Source: a virus
DNA: 64,000 nucleotides
IMG/VR virus record: IMGVR_UViG_3300045988_145033
Coordinates: 1-64,000 of that record
Strand: one strand, 5' to 3'
This document shows positions 46,513 through 55,945 of the stretch, one piece after another. Numbering within the stretch: the stretch's first letter is position 1; each line of letters begins with the position of its first letter. The translations under genes and the position numbers were made by a program. The notes beneath the pieces were generated by a model, which worked only from the letters and a program-made list of their open reading frames with translations, had not been told where the DNA came from and made no database searches.

Positions 46513-48426
46513 TTATAATTGTCCGTTTTTAAAGCTTTCTACATCGTATTGGTCCGGCATAGTTATTTGGTTAGTACCAAGTAGTGCTATAACTGCTCCA
46601 GTTGCCGCATCAAGTATTTTCTTTTCAGCGTCAATAGAGTTAAGTACCTTAAATGTAGTTATGTCTTTTAAAGTGCAAGTTTCACCTTTATATAACTTAT
46701 CAAGTAACACTCTTAAATCAAATGATTCTCTTATAATAAGTTTAGGGTCTTTATCTTCCATTCTATCAAAGTATTCGTTAAGTTGAGACGTTTCGTGGTT
46801 TTCAGATTCATACACTGCTTCGGTTAGATTAAATCCTACACTTTCAAATAGTATTTCTACTAAGTGAATATAAGCCATATTGATTCTATTAGCTATAGCT
46901 CTTTTTATCTTATCCATTGAATTTCCTGTCATTTTATATTTTAGATATACTTCTAAATAAGTTTTAGGAATTATAGTAGACATACCACCACAAACTCCTG
47001 AAGCTACAGCTGATTTTATAGCTCCTACCGCATCATCAACAGCTCCTAGTTTTCTATCTACTTCCCAAGAGTTATCAGCTCCAACTACTATTTCAGCATA
47101 CTTTCCATTTATTCTTCTTATTCTTGCTTTTATAGCATCAGCTCTTCCTTTATCATCTTTTACAAGAGCTAATTCTTCTTCAAGCTCTTTTACGTGTCCC
47201 TCGGCTCTTACTTTATCAAAACCAAATAAAGTAACTTGAGTTTTACTCATAATAGCATCTACTGGATTTATTGCTCCAACTTTTAATAGATTTTCTACAT
47301 ATGAAGAAACTGTGAAATCTAACTCTTCTTCTGTAAATTCTTCTATATTATCAGGGAATATATCTCTAAGTTTCTTATCAAGTTCATATGCTTGTGGTTG
47401 TCCTATCAAATATTCAAAGTCTTTATGTTCTTCTTGCGATAGTATTGTTCCAGTATAAGCATACTCGAGTATATAGATAGGTAAGAAGTCTACATTATAT
47501 TTAGTCTTATACCAATTTCTAACTTGTAGTATTTCTCTTTCAACTACATCTTTATATTGAAGATTATAAGTTATAAATACAACTGGAGACATATTTTCAA
47601 TACCAACACCGTGACCATTCATAAACTCTATCATATTATAAGCAACTTTAGCATATAGTTTCATAAGAGCTCTTATACTATCAGCCGATGCAATATTATT
47701 ATCAACTATAACTGGTATTATCTTCTTTCTTAAAACTGCTTTAGGAAATCCTAAAGGTCCTTGTTGTATAGTATATCCTTCTTTTACAGAATAGTTAGTT
47801 TTAGCTTGAGTTCCGTCTGCTTTATAAGTTACAGAGATATTAGATAAGTCTTCTCCGTCTCTTGTAATCTCTTTTAAAGCTCCTATTAAAGCATCTTTAA
47901 GTTCTGTATCATTATTTACAGAAGTTTCTATAATACCTATTAAATCACTTAAATCAGCTTGAGCAAACACTTTATGGTCGTCCATTTCTTTTTTGAAAGA
48001 TTCCACTACATCTTTAATTAAATCATTAAAGAATTGTGCTGGTAAGTTACTTTTATCTCTAAGCTCAGCTAAAGACTTATATAAATCAGCTATAAGTATT
48101 GTAGTAGTTGTAGTACCGTCTCCAGCTGTTGATAGAACTCCTAGCATAGATGATAATACAAGTTGCTTTAAAGCTTGTGCTACAGGGTGAAAGTATTTAG
48201 TTTTAGATAAAAGAGTATATCCGTCTTTTGTAATAGATGCAAGCACTGCACCATTATCTCCTGATTTTTGTATCATAAGAGTTGAAGCACCTATTGGACC
48301 ATAACTCTTTTTAACTACATCTGCCATATCATCAAGTATATGAGATATGTGCTCACTATTCATCACTGTGTGATTTGTCTCCAAAAGTATTTTCTTCGGT
48401 TGTTCCACTTTCTCTGTCATGTTCAT
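46513..48426 (-). CDS. GroEL-like chaperonin (phage-encoded, 637 aa)
   Basis: AGDGTTTTTILIADL (GroEL GDGTTTATVLA), DDAVGAIKSAVASGVCGGMS (GroEL DALxATRAAVEEGxVxGGG); RBS AAGGAGGA. Confidence 0.75.
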   Translation of the reverse strand: MNMTEKVEQPKKILLETNHTVMNSEHISHILDDMADVVKKSYGPIGASTLMIQKSGDNGAVLASITKDGYTLLSKTKYFHPVAQALKQLVLSSMLGVLSTAGDGTTTTTILIADLYKSLAELRDKSNLPAQFFNDLIKDVVESFKKEMDDHKVFAQADLSDLIGIIETSVNNDTELKDALIGALKEITRDGEDLSNISVTYKADGTQAKTNYSVKEGYTIQQGPLGFPKAVLRKKIIPVIVDNNIASADSIRALMKLYAKVAYNMIEFMNGHGVGIENMSPVVFITYNLQYKDVVEREILQVRNWYKTKYNVDFLPIYILEYAYTGTILSQEEHKDFEYLIGQPQAYELDKKLRDIFPDNIEEFTEEELDFTVSSYVENLLKVGAINPVDAIMSKTQVTLFGFDKVRAEGHVKELEEELALVKDDKGRADAIKARIRRINGKYAEIVVGADNSWEVDRKLGAVDDAVGAIKSAVASGVCGGMSTIIPKTYLEVYLKYKMTGNSMDKIKRAIANRINMAYIHLVEILFESVGFNLTEAVYESENHETSQLNEYFDRMEDKDPKLIIRESFDLRVLLDKLYKGETCTLKDITTFKVLNSIDAEKKILDAATGAVIALLGTNQITMPDQYDVESFKNGQL

Positions 48427-49102
48427 TTTTAAATTCCTCCTTATTTTTATCTTCTTCTTTAGGTTTATCTAGCACCCAAGTTTCTACAGCAACAACAGCT
48501 TTATCCTTTATCCAAGGAAAGTTAATAGGTGCAAGCATTACAAAGTCATCATGCAAGGCATCTAAAAGTAGTTCATTTGCTGTAAATATAGAAGAACGTT
48601 CTTCTTTGGTACTATATTGTAGTTTCTCTCTTTTTAATCTATTTCCCATTTCTTCATCAGTTATAAGATTAGGTAAAACTCCTAATAAGTTTAGTTTCTT
48701 TAATACTAAAAGCTCTACTGTATTTGTAGGTTGATAAACGCATAAAACTTCGGGTACTCCTATTATAGCCATTATTCCCGAAACTCTTACAGGAATATCT
48801 TCTATATTTGTAAATTTAGAAAGTAACCAGTTTAAAAACTCATCATCTACATTAAGATACGCCCACATAAATCTTGTCATAAAAGCATTAAATAATGAGT
48901 ATCTATCAAGATTACGTTCGTCTTTTAATGTTATCTCAAGTAAAGCCTTACAAACTAAGAAGTTTTCTTTATCTTCTTCAGTTACCATTTTATCAGGGTT
49001 CTCACACCAATCGACATATAGCTTCCCCATAAGCTCAGCTATAACAAGCTGAGTTGAGTAGCATACGTCGTCGAGAATTAAATATTTAGTATTAGATGCC
49101 AT
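48356..49102 (-). CDS. hypothetical protein (248 aa)
   Basis: ORF overlapping chaperonin start by 71 nt. Confidence 0.55.
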   Translation of the reverse strand: MASNTKYLILDDVCYSTQLVIAELMGKLYVDWCENPDKMVTEEDKENFLVCKALLEITLKDERNLDRYSLFNAFMTRFMWAYLNVDDEFLNWLLSKFTNIEDIPVRVSGIMAIIGVPEVLCVYQPTNTVELLVLKKLNLLGVLPNLITDEEMGNRLKREKLQYSTKEERSSIFTANELLLDALHDDFVMLAPINFPWIKDKAVVAVETWVLDKPKEEDKNKEEFKNEHDRESGTTEENTFGDKSHSDE

Positions 49103-49105
49103 ATA

Positions 49106-49339
49106 CTATACCCTCCACATACTCATCATATACATTAAAGCAACAATAGAAAAACCTATTACAAATGCTATTCCTCTTGCTTTTCTTTTATTACCTTTTT
49201 TGATATGCTTTTTGTATCTTTTTATATTAAGTAGTACAGCATATTGTAGCATCACCATAAATATACCTGTCTTCATAATAGACGTGAATATAGTAGCGAT
49301 AACGTATTTTAAATAAGCATCACTCATTATCTTCATCAT
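49106..49339 (-). CDS. small membrane protein, 2 predicted TM helices (77 aa; holin-like?)
   Basis: hydrophobic segments + basic linker. Confidence 0.45.
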   Translation of the reverse strand: MMKIMSDAYLKYVIATIFTSIMKTGIFMVMLQYAVLLNIKRYKKHIKKGNKRKARGIAFVIGFSIVALMYMMSMWRV

Positions 49340-50822
49340 AATTAGAACCTCCTTTTTTATGAGTTATATCTATTTCTTTCCAGTCTTTGAATTCTTCATC
49401 AAAGAACTTATAAAGCTTTCTATAATATCTTTTAGTTTCAGAAAAACTCTTATCCACAGCTTTAATGTATATTCCAGTTTCTCCACCAACCCGTCCGTTT
49501 CTTCCTGTAGCTTGTTTAAATATCGAGCCCCCTGCATAAGTTTCCATATCTATTGTAAGTTTAATCTTAGATATATCAAGTCCTCTACCAATACTGTCAG
49601 TAATTGATATTATAAAAGGTTTTGTAAGAGCATTCGCTCTTTCTCCTTTTGGGAGTTCTGAATGAAACTCAGATACATGCTTTGCTGGGATATTAAACTT
49701 ATCCATTACCCATTCCTTTATAAGCTTACAATTTTCTATCTTACCTGTCATTATAACTATCTTATATCCCTTGTCCATTTCATATATAGGTATAGCGTGA
49801 GTTTTTATTATCTTCTCTAGTATATTAAAATACCCTTCCGATGCTATAGCTACAGCCATATGCTTATCAGGAACAAACTGTCCTTTGAAATTATAACAAG
49901 ATTGTCTTACTTTTTGTAAAGGTTTTGACTCCCAACCATAAACGTAAGCTATTCTATTTGGCTTTTCTGTATAAAACTCTTTACCATATTTTGGTATAGT
50001 TTTAATCATCTTTTGAAAAGCACTATCATCAAACTGTCCATTTTTAAATGTAGTTGCTGATAAATATAAGTTATATCTCACAGAAGTTGTAAAGTCTAGC
50101 TTTAGCATACTGTCTACTTCTGTATCAAACTCATCAAATATCTTAAGTCCTATTTTATTTTTAATACACCATTCAGCAACGAATGGAGAACCTTTTTGCT
50201 CTATTATAGAACGTAGAGTTGCGTGAGTGGTTACAAATACTTTATATCCTAAATCTTCTTCATAGGTAGATAAAAACCATTTAGAACCATTCATAGCACA
50301 CACGTATCTTTGACGAAGCTTTGTATGATTAGCAAATGAACCTTTCTCTCCTGCCCATTGATTTAAAAGAGTATTTGTCTTAACTAGAACCAGTATATTA
50401 CAACCAAGTTCTGATGCTATAGCAGTTGCTGTAAATGTCTTACCTCTTCCTGTAGGCATATCTATTATAACTTGAGTTTCCCCACGTCTAAATTCCTTTA
50501 AAGCTAGAGTTATAACTTTCATTTGCTCAGGAAACGGCTTTTTATTAACATTAAAGAATTTCTTATTATCACAAGGGAATGCAAGTCCTTTATGAATACT
50601 TCCATATACATTCAATTTATTCATAAGAAATGTATCTCCTATACCTCTTGGAACTCTTAAGTTATCAGGAGATAATAGATAACAAAATGGTTCTTTTTCT
50701 TCTGTGATATAGTTTACTGTCGATAAAGAATCCATTAAATCTTGAGCATAAAACATTTCTCTTTTCTTATTATTTTTATCAAATTCTATTTTATAAAAAG
50801 TGGTAAATTTAGTAATCTTCAT
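49320..50822 (-). CDS. SF2 (DEAD/DExH-like) helicase (500 aa)
   Basis: MPTGRGKT (motif I), FDEFD (II), SAT (III), QATGRNGR (VI). Confidence 0.75.
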   Translation of the reverse strand: MKITKFTTFYKIEFDKNNKKREMFYAQDLMDSLSTVNYITEEKEPFCYLLSPDNLRVPRGIGDTFLMNKLNVYGSIHKGLAFPCDNKKFFNVNKKPFPEQMKVITLALKEFRRGETQVIIDMPTGRGKTFTATAIASELGCNILVLVKTNTLLNQWAGEKGSFANHTKLRQRYVCAMNGSKWFLSTYEEDLGYKVFVTTHATLRSIIEQKGSPFVAEWCIKNKIGLKIFDEFDTEVDSMLKLDFTTSVRYNLYLSATTFKNGQFDDSAFQKMIKTIPKYGKEFYTEKPNRIAYVYGWESKPLQKVRQSCYNFKGQFVPDKHMAVAIASEGYFNILEKIIKTHAIPIYEMDKGYKIVIMTGKIENCKLIKEWVMDKFNIPAKHVSEFHSELPKGERANALTKPFIISITDSIGRGLDISKIKLTIDMETYAGGSIFKQATGRNGRVGGETGIYIKAVDKSFSETKRYYRKLYKFFDEEFKDWKEIDITHKKGGSNYDEDNE

Positions 50823-50833
50823 TTATTTCACCT

Positions 50834-50845
50834 CAAAAGGCTGTT
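50834..50845 (-). promoter_or_regulatory. AACA-N6-TG motif (AACAgcctttTG) abutting helicase RBS
   Basis: minus strand; would give near-leaderless transcript. Confidence 0.25.
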
Positions 50846-50879
50846 TTTCACAATTTTAAAACAAAAAAAAAAGAGGAAC

Positions 50880-51068
50880 TTAATCCCCTTTGTGTTTGTT
50901 GAAGTAGTACCATGCGTCTGCCCACATAGTAAGCAGAGCACCACTCCATCTTAGACTAGCTAAGACTTTGATTCCGGCGATTGCTGTCGCCAAAGTTATA
51001 ATACCGAAATATATCACAGTCATTATAGTGGCTGCGATAAGCATAGCAATGATTTGTAGATTTTTCAT
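50880..51068 (-). CDS. small membrane protein, 2 TM (62 aa) with own family-C promoter/leader
   Basis: ORF + leader 51075-51160. Confidence 0.5.
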   Translation of the reverse strand: MKNLQIIAMLIAATIMTVIYFGIITLATAIAGIKVLASLRWSGALLTMWADAWYYFNKHKGD

Positions 51069-51074
51069 ATTGTA

Positions 51075-51160
51075 CCTCCTTAAGGTATTAAATTAAGACT
51101 GTAAGCTCTTAACCCTTGTTAAGTTTACTCTTGTCTTCTACTATTATTATATATAATTGA
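51075..51160 (-). promoter_or_regulatory. early-type box + family C leader (copy 2, hairpin CUUAACAAGGGUUAAG)
   Basis: see 38120-38204. Confidence 0.55.
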
Positions 51161-51202
51161 AATGAAAAATTAAGGAACGTAGATAAAAAAAATAGAATAT
51201 CT

Positions 51203-51463
51203 TTACGGGCAGAAGATATCTATTATATCGTCCAAGCAGTCAAGAATAACCGCAGCTATCTTTCCGATGAACGATTTCTTTTGAAGTTTCTTTATCACCC
51301 TGTCCTTTCTTGCGTCCATTTTGTCTATATAATTGAAGATAAACCTAGCCAATGGACTCCATCTAAGTCTCTTCTTTAAAACCTTGTACGCGTAACTCTT
51401 AACAATGTCGCCCGCAGCATATGTCAGAGCTTTACGTACGAATAAACCGAATAGATACCACAT
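51203..51463 (-). CDS. hypothetical protein (86 aa)
   Basis: ORF with box 51497-51514. Confidence 0.5.
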   Translation of the reverse strand: MWYLFGLFVRKALTYAAGDIVKSYAYKVLKKRLRWSPLARFIFNYIDKMDARKDRVIKKLQKKSFIGKIAAVILDCLDDIIDIFCP

Positions 51464-51517
51464 GATATCACCTCCTTTTAACTCGGCTATTCCTATTATT
51501 ATTATATATAATTGAAA

Positions 51518-51557
51518 GAAAAAATTGCGAATTTTATATACTCCCCGAAGGGAGTAT
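51518..51557 (-). terminator. intrinsic terminator tatactcccTTCGgggagtata + U-rich tract
   Basis: 9-bp stem. Confidence 0.6.
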
Positions 51558-51562
51558 AATAT

Positions 51563-51910
51563 TTAACTTATAGTAACTGTGCCATCTAGCTTAATTTTAA
51601 CTGTTGCTATAACACCAGTTGAACCGTCGAATTTACCCACAAATGTTAAGTGCTCAGAATCTGATAGTTTAAAATCATAAGCGACACCAGCACCAGTATA
51701 TACAGAAGTAGTACCTTTTAAAGTTACAACTTCATATATCGGCATACCGTCCGAATCTGTTCCAGTTCTTCTTCTTTCATTTGTATCAAACGCTGTTCTT
51801 GCACAACCGTTTATTTGTAAAACTGATACCATTTCTACTTTCTTATCTTCGATTGAACCATCAGTTTTCATATTCTTAACCATAGCTTCTCTTAGAACTT
51901 TTATAAGCAT
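51563..51910 (-). CDS. hypothetical beta-rich protein (115 aa; structural?)
   Basis: ORF. Confidence 0.55.
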   Translation of the reverse strand: MLIKVLREAMVKNMKTDGSIEDKKVEMVSVLQINGCARTAFDTNERRRTGTDSDGMPIYEVVTLKGTTSVYTGAGVAYDFKLSDSEHLTFVGKFDGSTGVIATVKIKLDGTVTIS

Positions 51911-52956
51911 TATAAATCACCTTCCCCTGAAGAAGAATACGAAAGTACCGCTTCGCATCTTTTTGAAAATTCTTCTATAGGATACATATCAAAGTCATCA
52001 AGTAAATATCCAAAAGTTATAATACCATAAGTTGCAACTCCTAAGAATGCTTTAGTAGTATCATTAACTTCTTGTCCATCTTTTAAAGACTCAAATACAT
52101 ACTTAGAAACTGAGTTCTTAATTCTGTATACGAAGTTCTTATAAAGTTCTTGTGCATATTTTACTCGAACGGACTCTGCGTAAACTTCTCCGTCGTCTCC
52201 TGCGATTGCTGATTTATCGTCTGGTTCATCTTTTGGGACTTCTTCTCCCTCATTCGTGCTATTATCTTCCGTTTTATTTTCTTCGCCACTATCTTTATTA
52301 TCGTCTTTATTGCCATCTTCACCAGAAACTGTATCGCCATCGCTAGAGCCGCCAGTATCACCGGCATTTTCGTCTCCAGTGTCCGTATCATCATCTTCAT
52401 TGTCATTATAAACTGCATTATCATCATCACCTGTTGCTGTGTTTATAAGGTTAGTTTCATTTTGTTCAATTTTCTCAAGTTGTTCATTTGACTTTTTAAC
52501 CTCTCCTTGAACTTTAGCTGCTATAGCCTTTAATATATTAGGTACAGCGTCTTTATTTAAAATATCAGTTAAATCCTTAGTTGTGTCTTTAACTTCTTCT
52601 TCAGTTTCAGCCTCAGCAATAAGTTTTATATTTTCTTCTTTAACTACCTCTTTTATAGACTCTACTGTCAGAATATCATATAATTCTTGCATATCTGATT
52701 GTCTAGCATTTATAGCGTCAGATAACCTTTTTGAAAACTCATCTTCTCCTACAAATTTAGGTAGTATATCTTTTAAAATATCTAAAACTTTTACATCATC
52801 AAGAAGCACTGTACCGTTTGCGTCTTGTGTTAGCTTAGCTTTGATATTTTGTGGTATCGCTTTCCATACAAGAGTTGCTAGAAATACAGAGTATGATTCA
52901 GCATCAGCATTCTTATAAGCTATCTCTTTTAAATCTTCTAATTTATTTACATCCAC
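51910..52956 (-). CDS. acidic low-complexity protein (348 aa; central D/E/G/N-rich tract)
   Basis: DDDTDTGDENAGDTGGSSDGDTVSGEDGNKDDNKDSGEENKTEDNSTNEGEE. Confidence 0.6.
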   Translation of the reverse strand: MDVNKLEDLKEIAYKNADAESYSVFLATLVWKAIPQNIKAKLTQDANGTVLLDDVKVLDILKDILPKFVGEDEFSKRLSDAINARQSDMQELYDILTVESIKEVVKEENIKLIAEAETEEEVKDTTKDLTDILNKDAVPNILKAIAAKVQGEVKKSNEQLEKIEQNETNLINTATGDDDNAVYNDNEDDDTDTGDENAGDTGGSSDGDTVSGEDGNKDDNKDSGEENKTEDNSTNEGEEVPKDEPDDKSAIAGDDGEVYAESVRVKYAQELYKNFVYRIKNSVSKYVFESLKDGQEVNDTTKAFLGVATYGIITFGYLLDDFDMYPIEEFSKRCEAVLSYSSSGEGDL

Positions 52957-52967
52957 TTTGTAACCTC

Positions 52968-53240
52968 CTATCCATATAATTTTATATTTTTTACTATTGT
53001 TGATAATTGATTTTTAAATACCTCTTCAAAGTATTTACTGTCCTCTATATACTTTATAGTCTCATTATCTTTTATTACTGGTATATTTGCTAGTAATAGT
53101 CCTCTTTTAATAACAGCCTTATTTAAAAGGGATTTGACATTTTTACTCTCAACAGCAGATATCGCATCAGCAGGATTTTCATTTGCAATGAAAGATGCTA
53201 TGTGACACGCTATGAGATGTAATTTATCGTGCTCCATCAT
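52968..53240 (-). CDS. hypothetical protein (90 aa)
   Basis: ORF. Confidence 0.5.
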   Translation of the reverse strand: MMEHDKLHLIACHIASFIANENPADAISAVESKNVKSLLNKAVIKRGLLLANIPVIKDNETIKYIEDSKYFEEVFKNQLSTIVKNIKLYG

Positions 53241-54133
53241 TTAAGCCTCCTTGGTCTTTTCTTAGACATATAGAAATCTCCACGTATCACAGCTTCTCTT
53301 ATAGTGAGAGTATTATCAACTCTTGTCTTAACTGGTTCTTTAAGATAAGCAGTTAAAAGTTTTATATCCTCAGCACTATATAAAGATAATATACTTTCTA
53401 CCTGCTTACCAGTTAAATCACATTTTCCTATATTATCGAAAAATACTTGTGGAAATTTGGCTCTCGATATACCCTTTATATTAAAGATATACTTAGGATA
53501 TATTCTTGCCTTTCTATACGTTGCTAATTTTTTAATATGCTCCATATACGGAGCAAAATATTTACTTTCTTTTGATAGCATAGTATCACTTGGGTAATGC
53601 ACTTCTATAACTATTCTTGGGTCTATAGAATACATTTGTATAGTTTCATTGAATGAGACAAGTCTATCATCTAAAATGACAGCGTATTTCTCATCTTGCA
53701 GAACGTCCCAGTGCACTTTTTCTATGTTATCGTTATCTTTTTGTTTTATAGAGATTGATAACTCGTCTAAAATAGCCTCTCCTATAGCCTTTTTTACTTT
53801 GTTTTCTGGTGTTACAAACGAACGTATTCTCATACCCAAAGGTCTTTCTATAAGAGTAGATTGTAAAAGTTTATCTTGCTCATAAACTGGTTTAAATACT
53901 CTCATAAGAAATGCTTTGTGAGGATTGTAAGTTCCATCTCTTTCCTTTAAATATCTTGGACGACTATCAGCTATAGGCTCTCCATATACAGTTATTACAA
54001 GTCTTTCATCAAAGAATTTAAAAAGCTTCTCATCTTCTGGTACTTTTTCTATATAAGCAGGAGTATATCTCTCTTTTGTGTATTCAACTCTTGCTTTAGC
54101 TTTCGCTCCACTAAATTTAAGCAAACTTATCAT
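53237..54133 (-). CDS. hypothetical protein (298 aa)
   Basis: ORF. Confidence 0.6.
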   Translation of the reverse strand: MISLLKFSGAKAKARVEYTKERYTPAYIEKVPEDEKLFKFFDERLVITVYGEPIADSRPRYLKERDGTYNPHKAFLMRVFKPVYEQDKLLQSTLIERPLGMRIRSFVTPENKVKKAIGEAILDELSISIKQKDNDNIEKVHWDVLQDEKYAVILDDRLVSFNETIQMYSIDPRIVIEVHYPSDTMLSKESKYFAPYMEHIKKLATYRKARIYPKYIFNIKGISRAKFPQVFFDNIGKCDLTGKQVESILSLYSAEDIKLLTAYLKEPVKTRVDNTLTIREAVIRGDFYMSKKRPRRLK

Positions 54134-54137
54134 CTCC

Positions 54138-55886
54138 TTATAGCATATTAACTATGTACGCTTTCATTTGTCCTGCACTATCCATAAATCTACGTCTTAT
54201 CCCAGCCCAGTTTCTTGTAGGTGAAATCATATTCTTAAGTGATGCTAGCACATTAGGACCTGCAAATTTAGTCCAGTCAAGAAGCACAGCATTTGCTCCA
54301 GCAAGTCCACCAAGAATAGACATATATCCTACAGCGTTTAAAGGTGCAAGTCCATTATTGTGATGTGGTAGTGCTACAACTGGTGTCATATCTCTTACAG
54401 TTACAGTAAGTGTCATATCTGTCATAAGTCCCATACCTGTCATAGTCTTAGGGTCTACAGTAGCAGATAAGGAAGTTATCATACCTACGTCCATACTAGG
54501 TAAACCTTTTGAGTACATTCTACATAGAAATGGTGCAGAAAATCCAAAGTTACCCACAGAGTGTATAGGAAGTGCCATAGGTAATATATGAGCTAGAGGC
54601 TTTAATACGTGGAAAGCATAACCTTCGGGAGTCCCTTCAGCTGTTGCGAGTCTAAATTGAAGCTGGTGCTCTCTTGCATTAGATGAAGCATCTTTCCATA
54701 TATCAGGAACTATGGTTTTAATTCCCCATCTTTTTGATTTTAAGAAATTACTCCCTGTCATCTTTTGGTCTTTATTTGATACATCTTCTTCAGCATTTAT
54801 AGTTTCATAAGATTTACCAGTTAAGAATGCTAGTTCTCTTCCTAAATCTCCAAGTCCTCCAAATGTATTAAGTTTTGCTCCAAGTTCAGACTCTCCTGCT
54901 TGGTTATCAACACCTATCGCACTTTGAACAGGACCGTCGTGATAAAATGGTACAAATGATTGGAAACTTATTTGCTCTGTAAGCATAAGTTCAACCTCTG
55001 GGTTTCCTATAGCTCTATATAAAAGCTTACCTAAAGTATCTCCAGCTGACACCTTATCCCAATATATATCAAGAAGTGTAGAACCGGGTTTTCCAGTGTA
55101 AGCTGATGCCACCCTTGATTTATACGACTGAAGTCCCGCAAGAATTATAAGATGTTGCCATATAGCATTTACATATTTCCAATAAGTATTATTAGAGGGT
55201 CTAAATTCATAAAATCTCCCTTCTCCTTTTTCACCTATTTCTCCTTGTAGTTCAGCTGTTTTTTGCTCTGCATCTTCTGCATTATTAACAGCCGCATTTA
55301 AAAACGCATCTGATATCTTAGATGATATTCCGGGTAAAAGCATAGCTATACCGGGAGTAAATGTAACTATTTGTCCATTTGATAAGAAGTTATCAAGATA
55401 GGTTCTACCGAATGAAGCATTTGTATACGGTGGGTCATCAGTTACTGAATATTTAAAAGGTTCAGCCATAAGCCCATGAATACTAAAATTCGTTTCAGTT
55501 GGATTTTGTCCTTTACCTGATAAATCATCTACCGTTGAACGCTTTAAAGCTGTGTATAAATCTCCTCCACCAATTTGTGCTTTAAAAATCTTTGTAAAAT
55601 CACTTTGTGCTATTCCGGATAAGTTTTTAAATCCGTCTGTTGCTGTTGCCATTGCCGCAGTTACATTAGCTACAGCGGCTACGGCTGGACCACCAAGTAA
55701 ACCAGCCGCTTGAAGTCCTCCACTCATAGCTTGTGGTGATATACCACCAGCACTATTTGTATTATTATTTTTTCTTACAGATTTACCTAAAGATGAAGTA
55801 GCCGCTTTAACTCCACCTGCTATAGCACCCATAGGTTTATTTGCTCCGCCAGATTTATTTTTTAAACTAGAACCTTCGTCTAACAT
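54138..55886 (-). CDS. hypothetical virion-associated protein (582 aa), immediately downstream of giant gene
   Basis: Gly/Ala-rich N-terminus; RBS AAAGGAGG. Confidence 0.6.
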   Translation of the reverse strand: MLDEGSSLKNKSGGANKPMGAIAGGVKAATSSLGKSVRKNNNTNSAGGISPQAMSGGLQAAGLLGGPAVAAVANVTAAMATATDGFKNLSGIAQSDFTKIFKAQIGGGDLYTALKRSTVDDLSGKGQNPTETNFSIHGLMAEPFKYSVTDDPPYTNASFGRTYLDNFLSNGQIVTFTPGIAMLLPGISSKISDAFLNAAVNNAEDAEQKTAELQGEIGEKGEGRFYEFRPSNNTYWKYVNAIWQHLIILAGLQSYKSRVASAYTGKPGSTLLDIYWDKVSAGDTLGKLLYRAIGNPEVELMLTEQISFQSFVPFYHDGPVQSAIGVDNQAGESELGAKLNTFGGLGDLGRELAFLTGKSYETINAEEDVSNKDQKMTGSNFLKSKRWGIKTIVPDIWKDASSNAREHQLQFRLATAEGTPEGYAFHVLKPLAHILPMALPIHSVGNFGFSAPFLCRMYSKGLPSMDVGMITSLSATVDPKTMTGMGLMTDMTLTVTVRDMTPVVALPHHNNGLAPLNAVGYMSILGGLAGANAVLLDWTKFAGPNVLASLKNMISPTRNWAGIRRRFMDSAGQMKAYIVNML

Positions 55887-55919
55887 ATTTAAACCTCCTT
55901 TATTTATGTATTAAAATAC

Positions 55920-55939
55920 GGAGTGGGAAACCCCACTCC
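55920..55939 (-). terminator. hairpin ggagtgggGTTTcccactcc after giant gene (terminator/attenuator)
   Basis: 8-bp stem, modest U-run. Confidence 0.45.
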
Positions 55940-55945
55940 AATATA

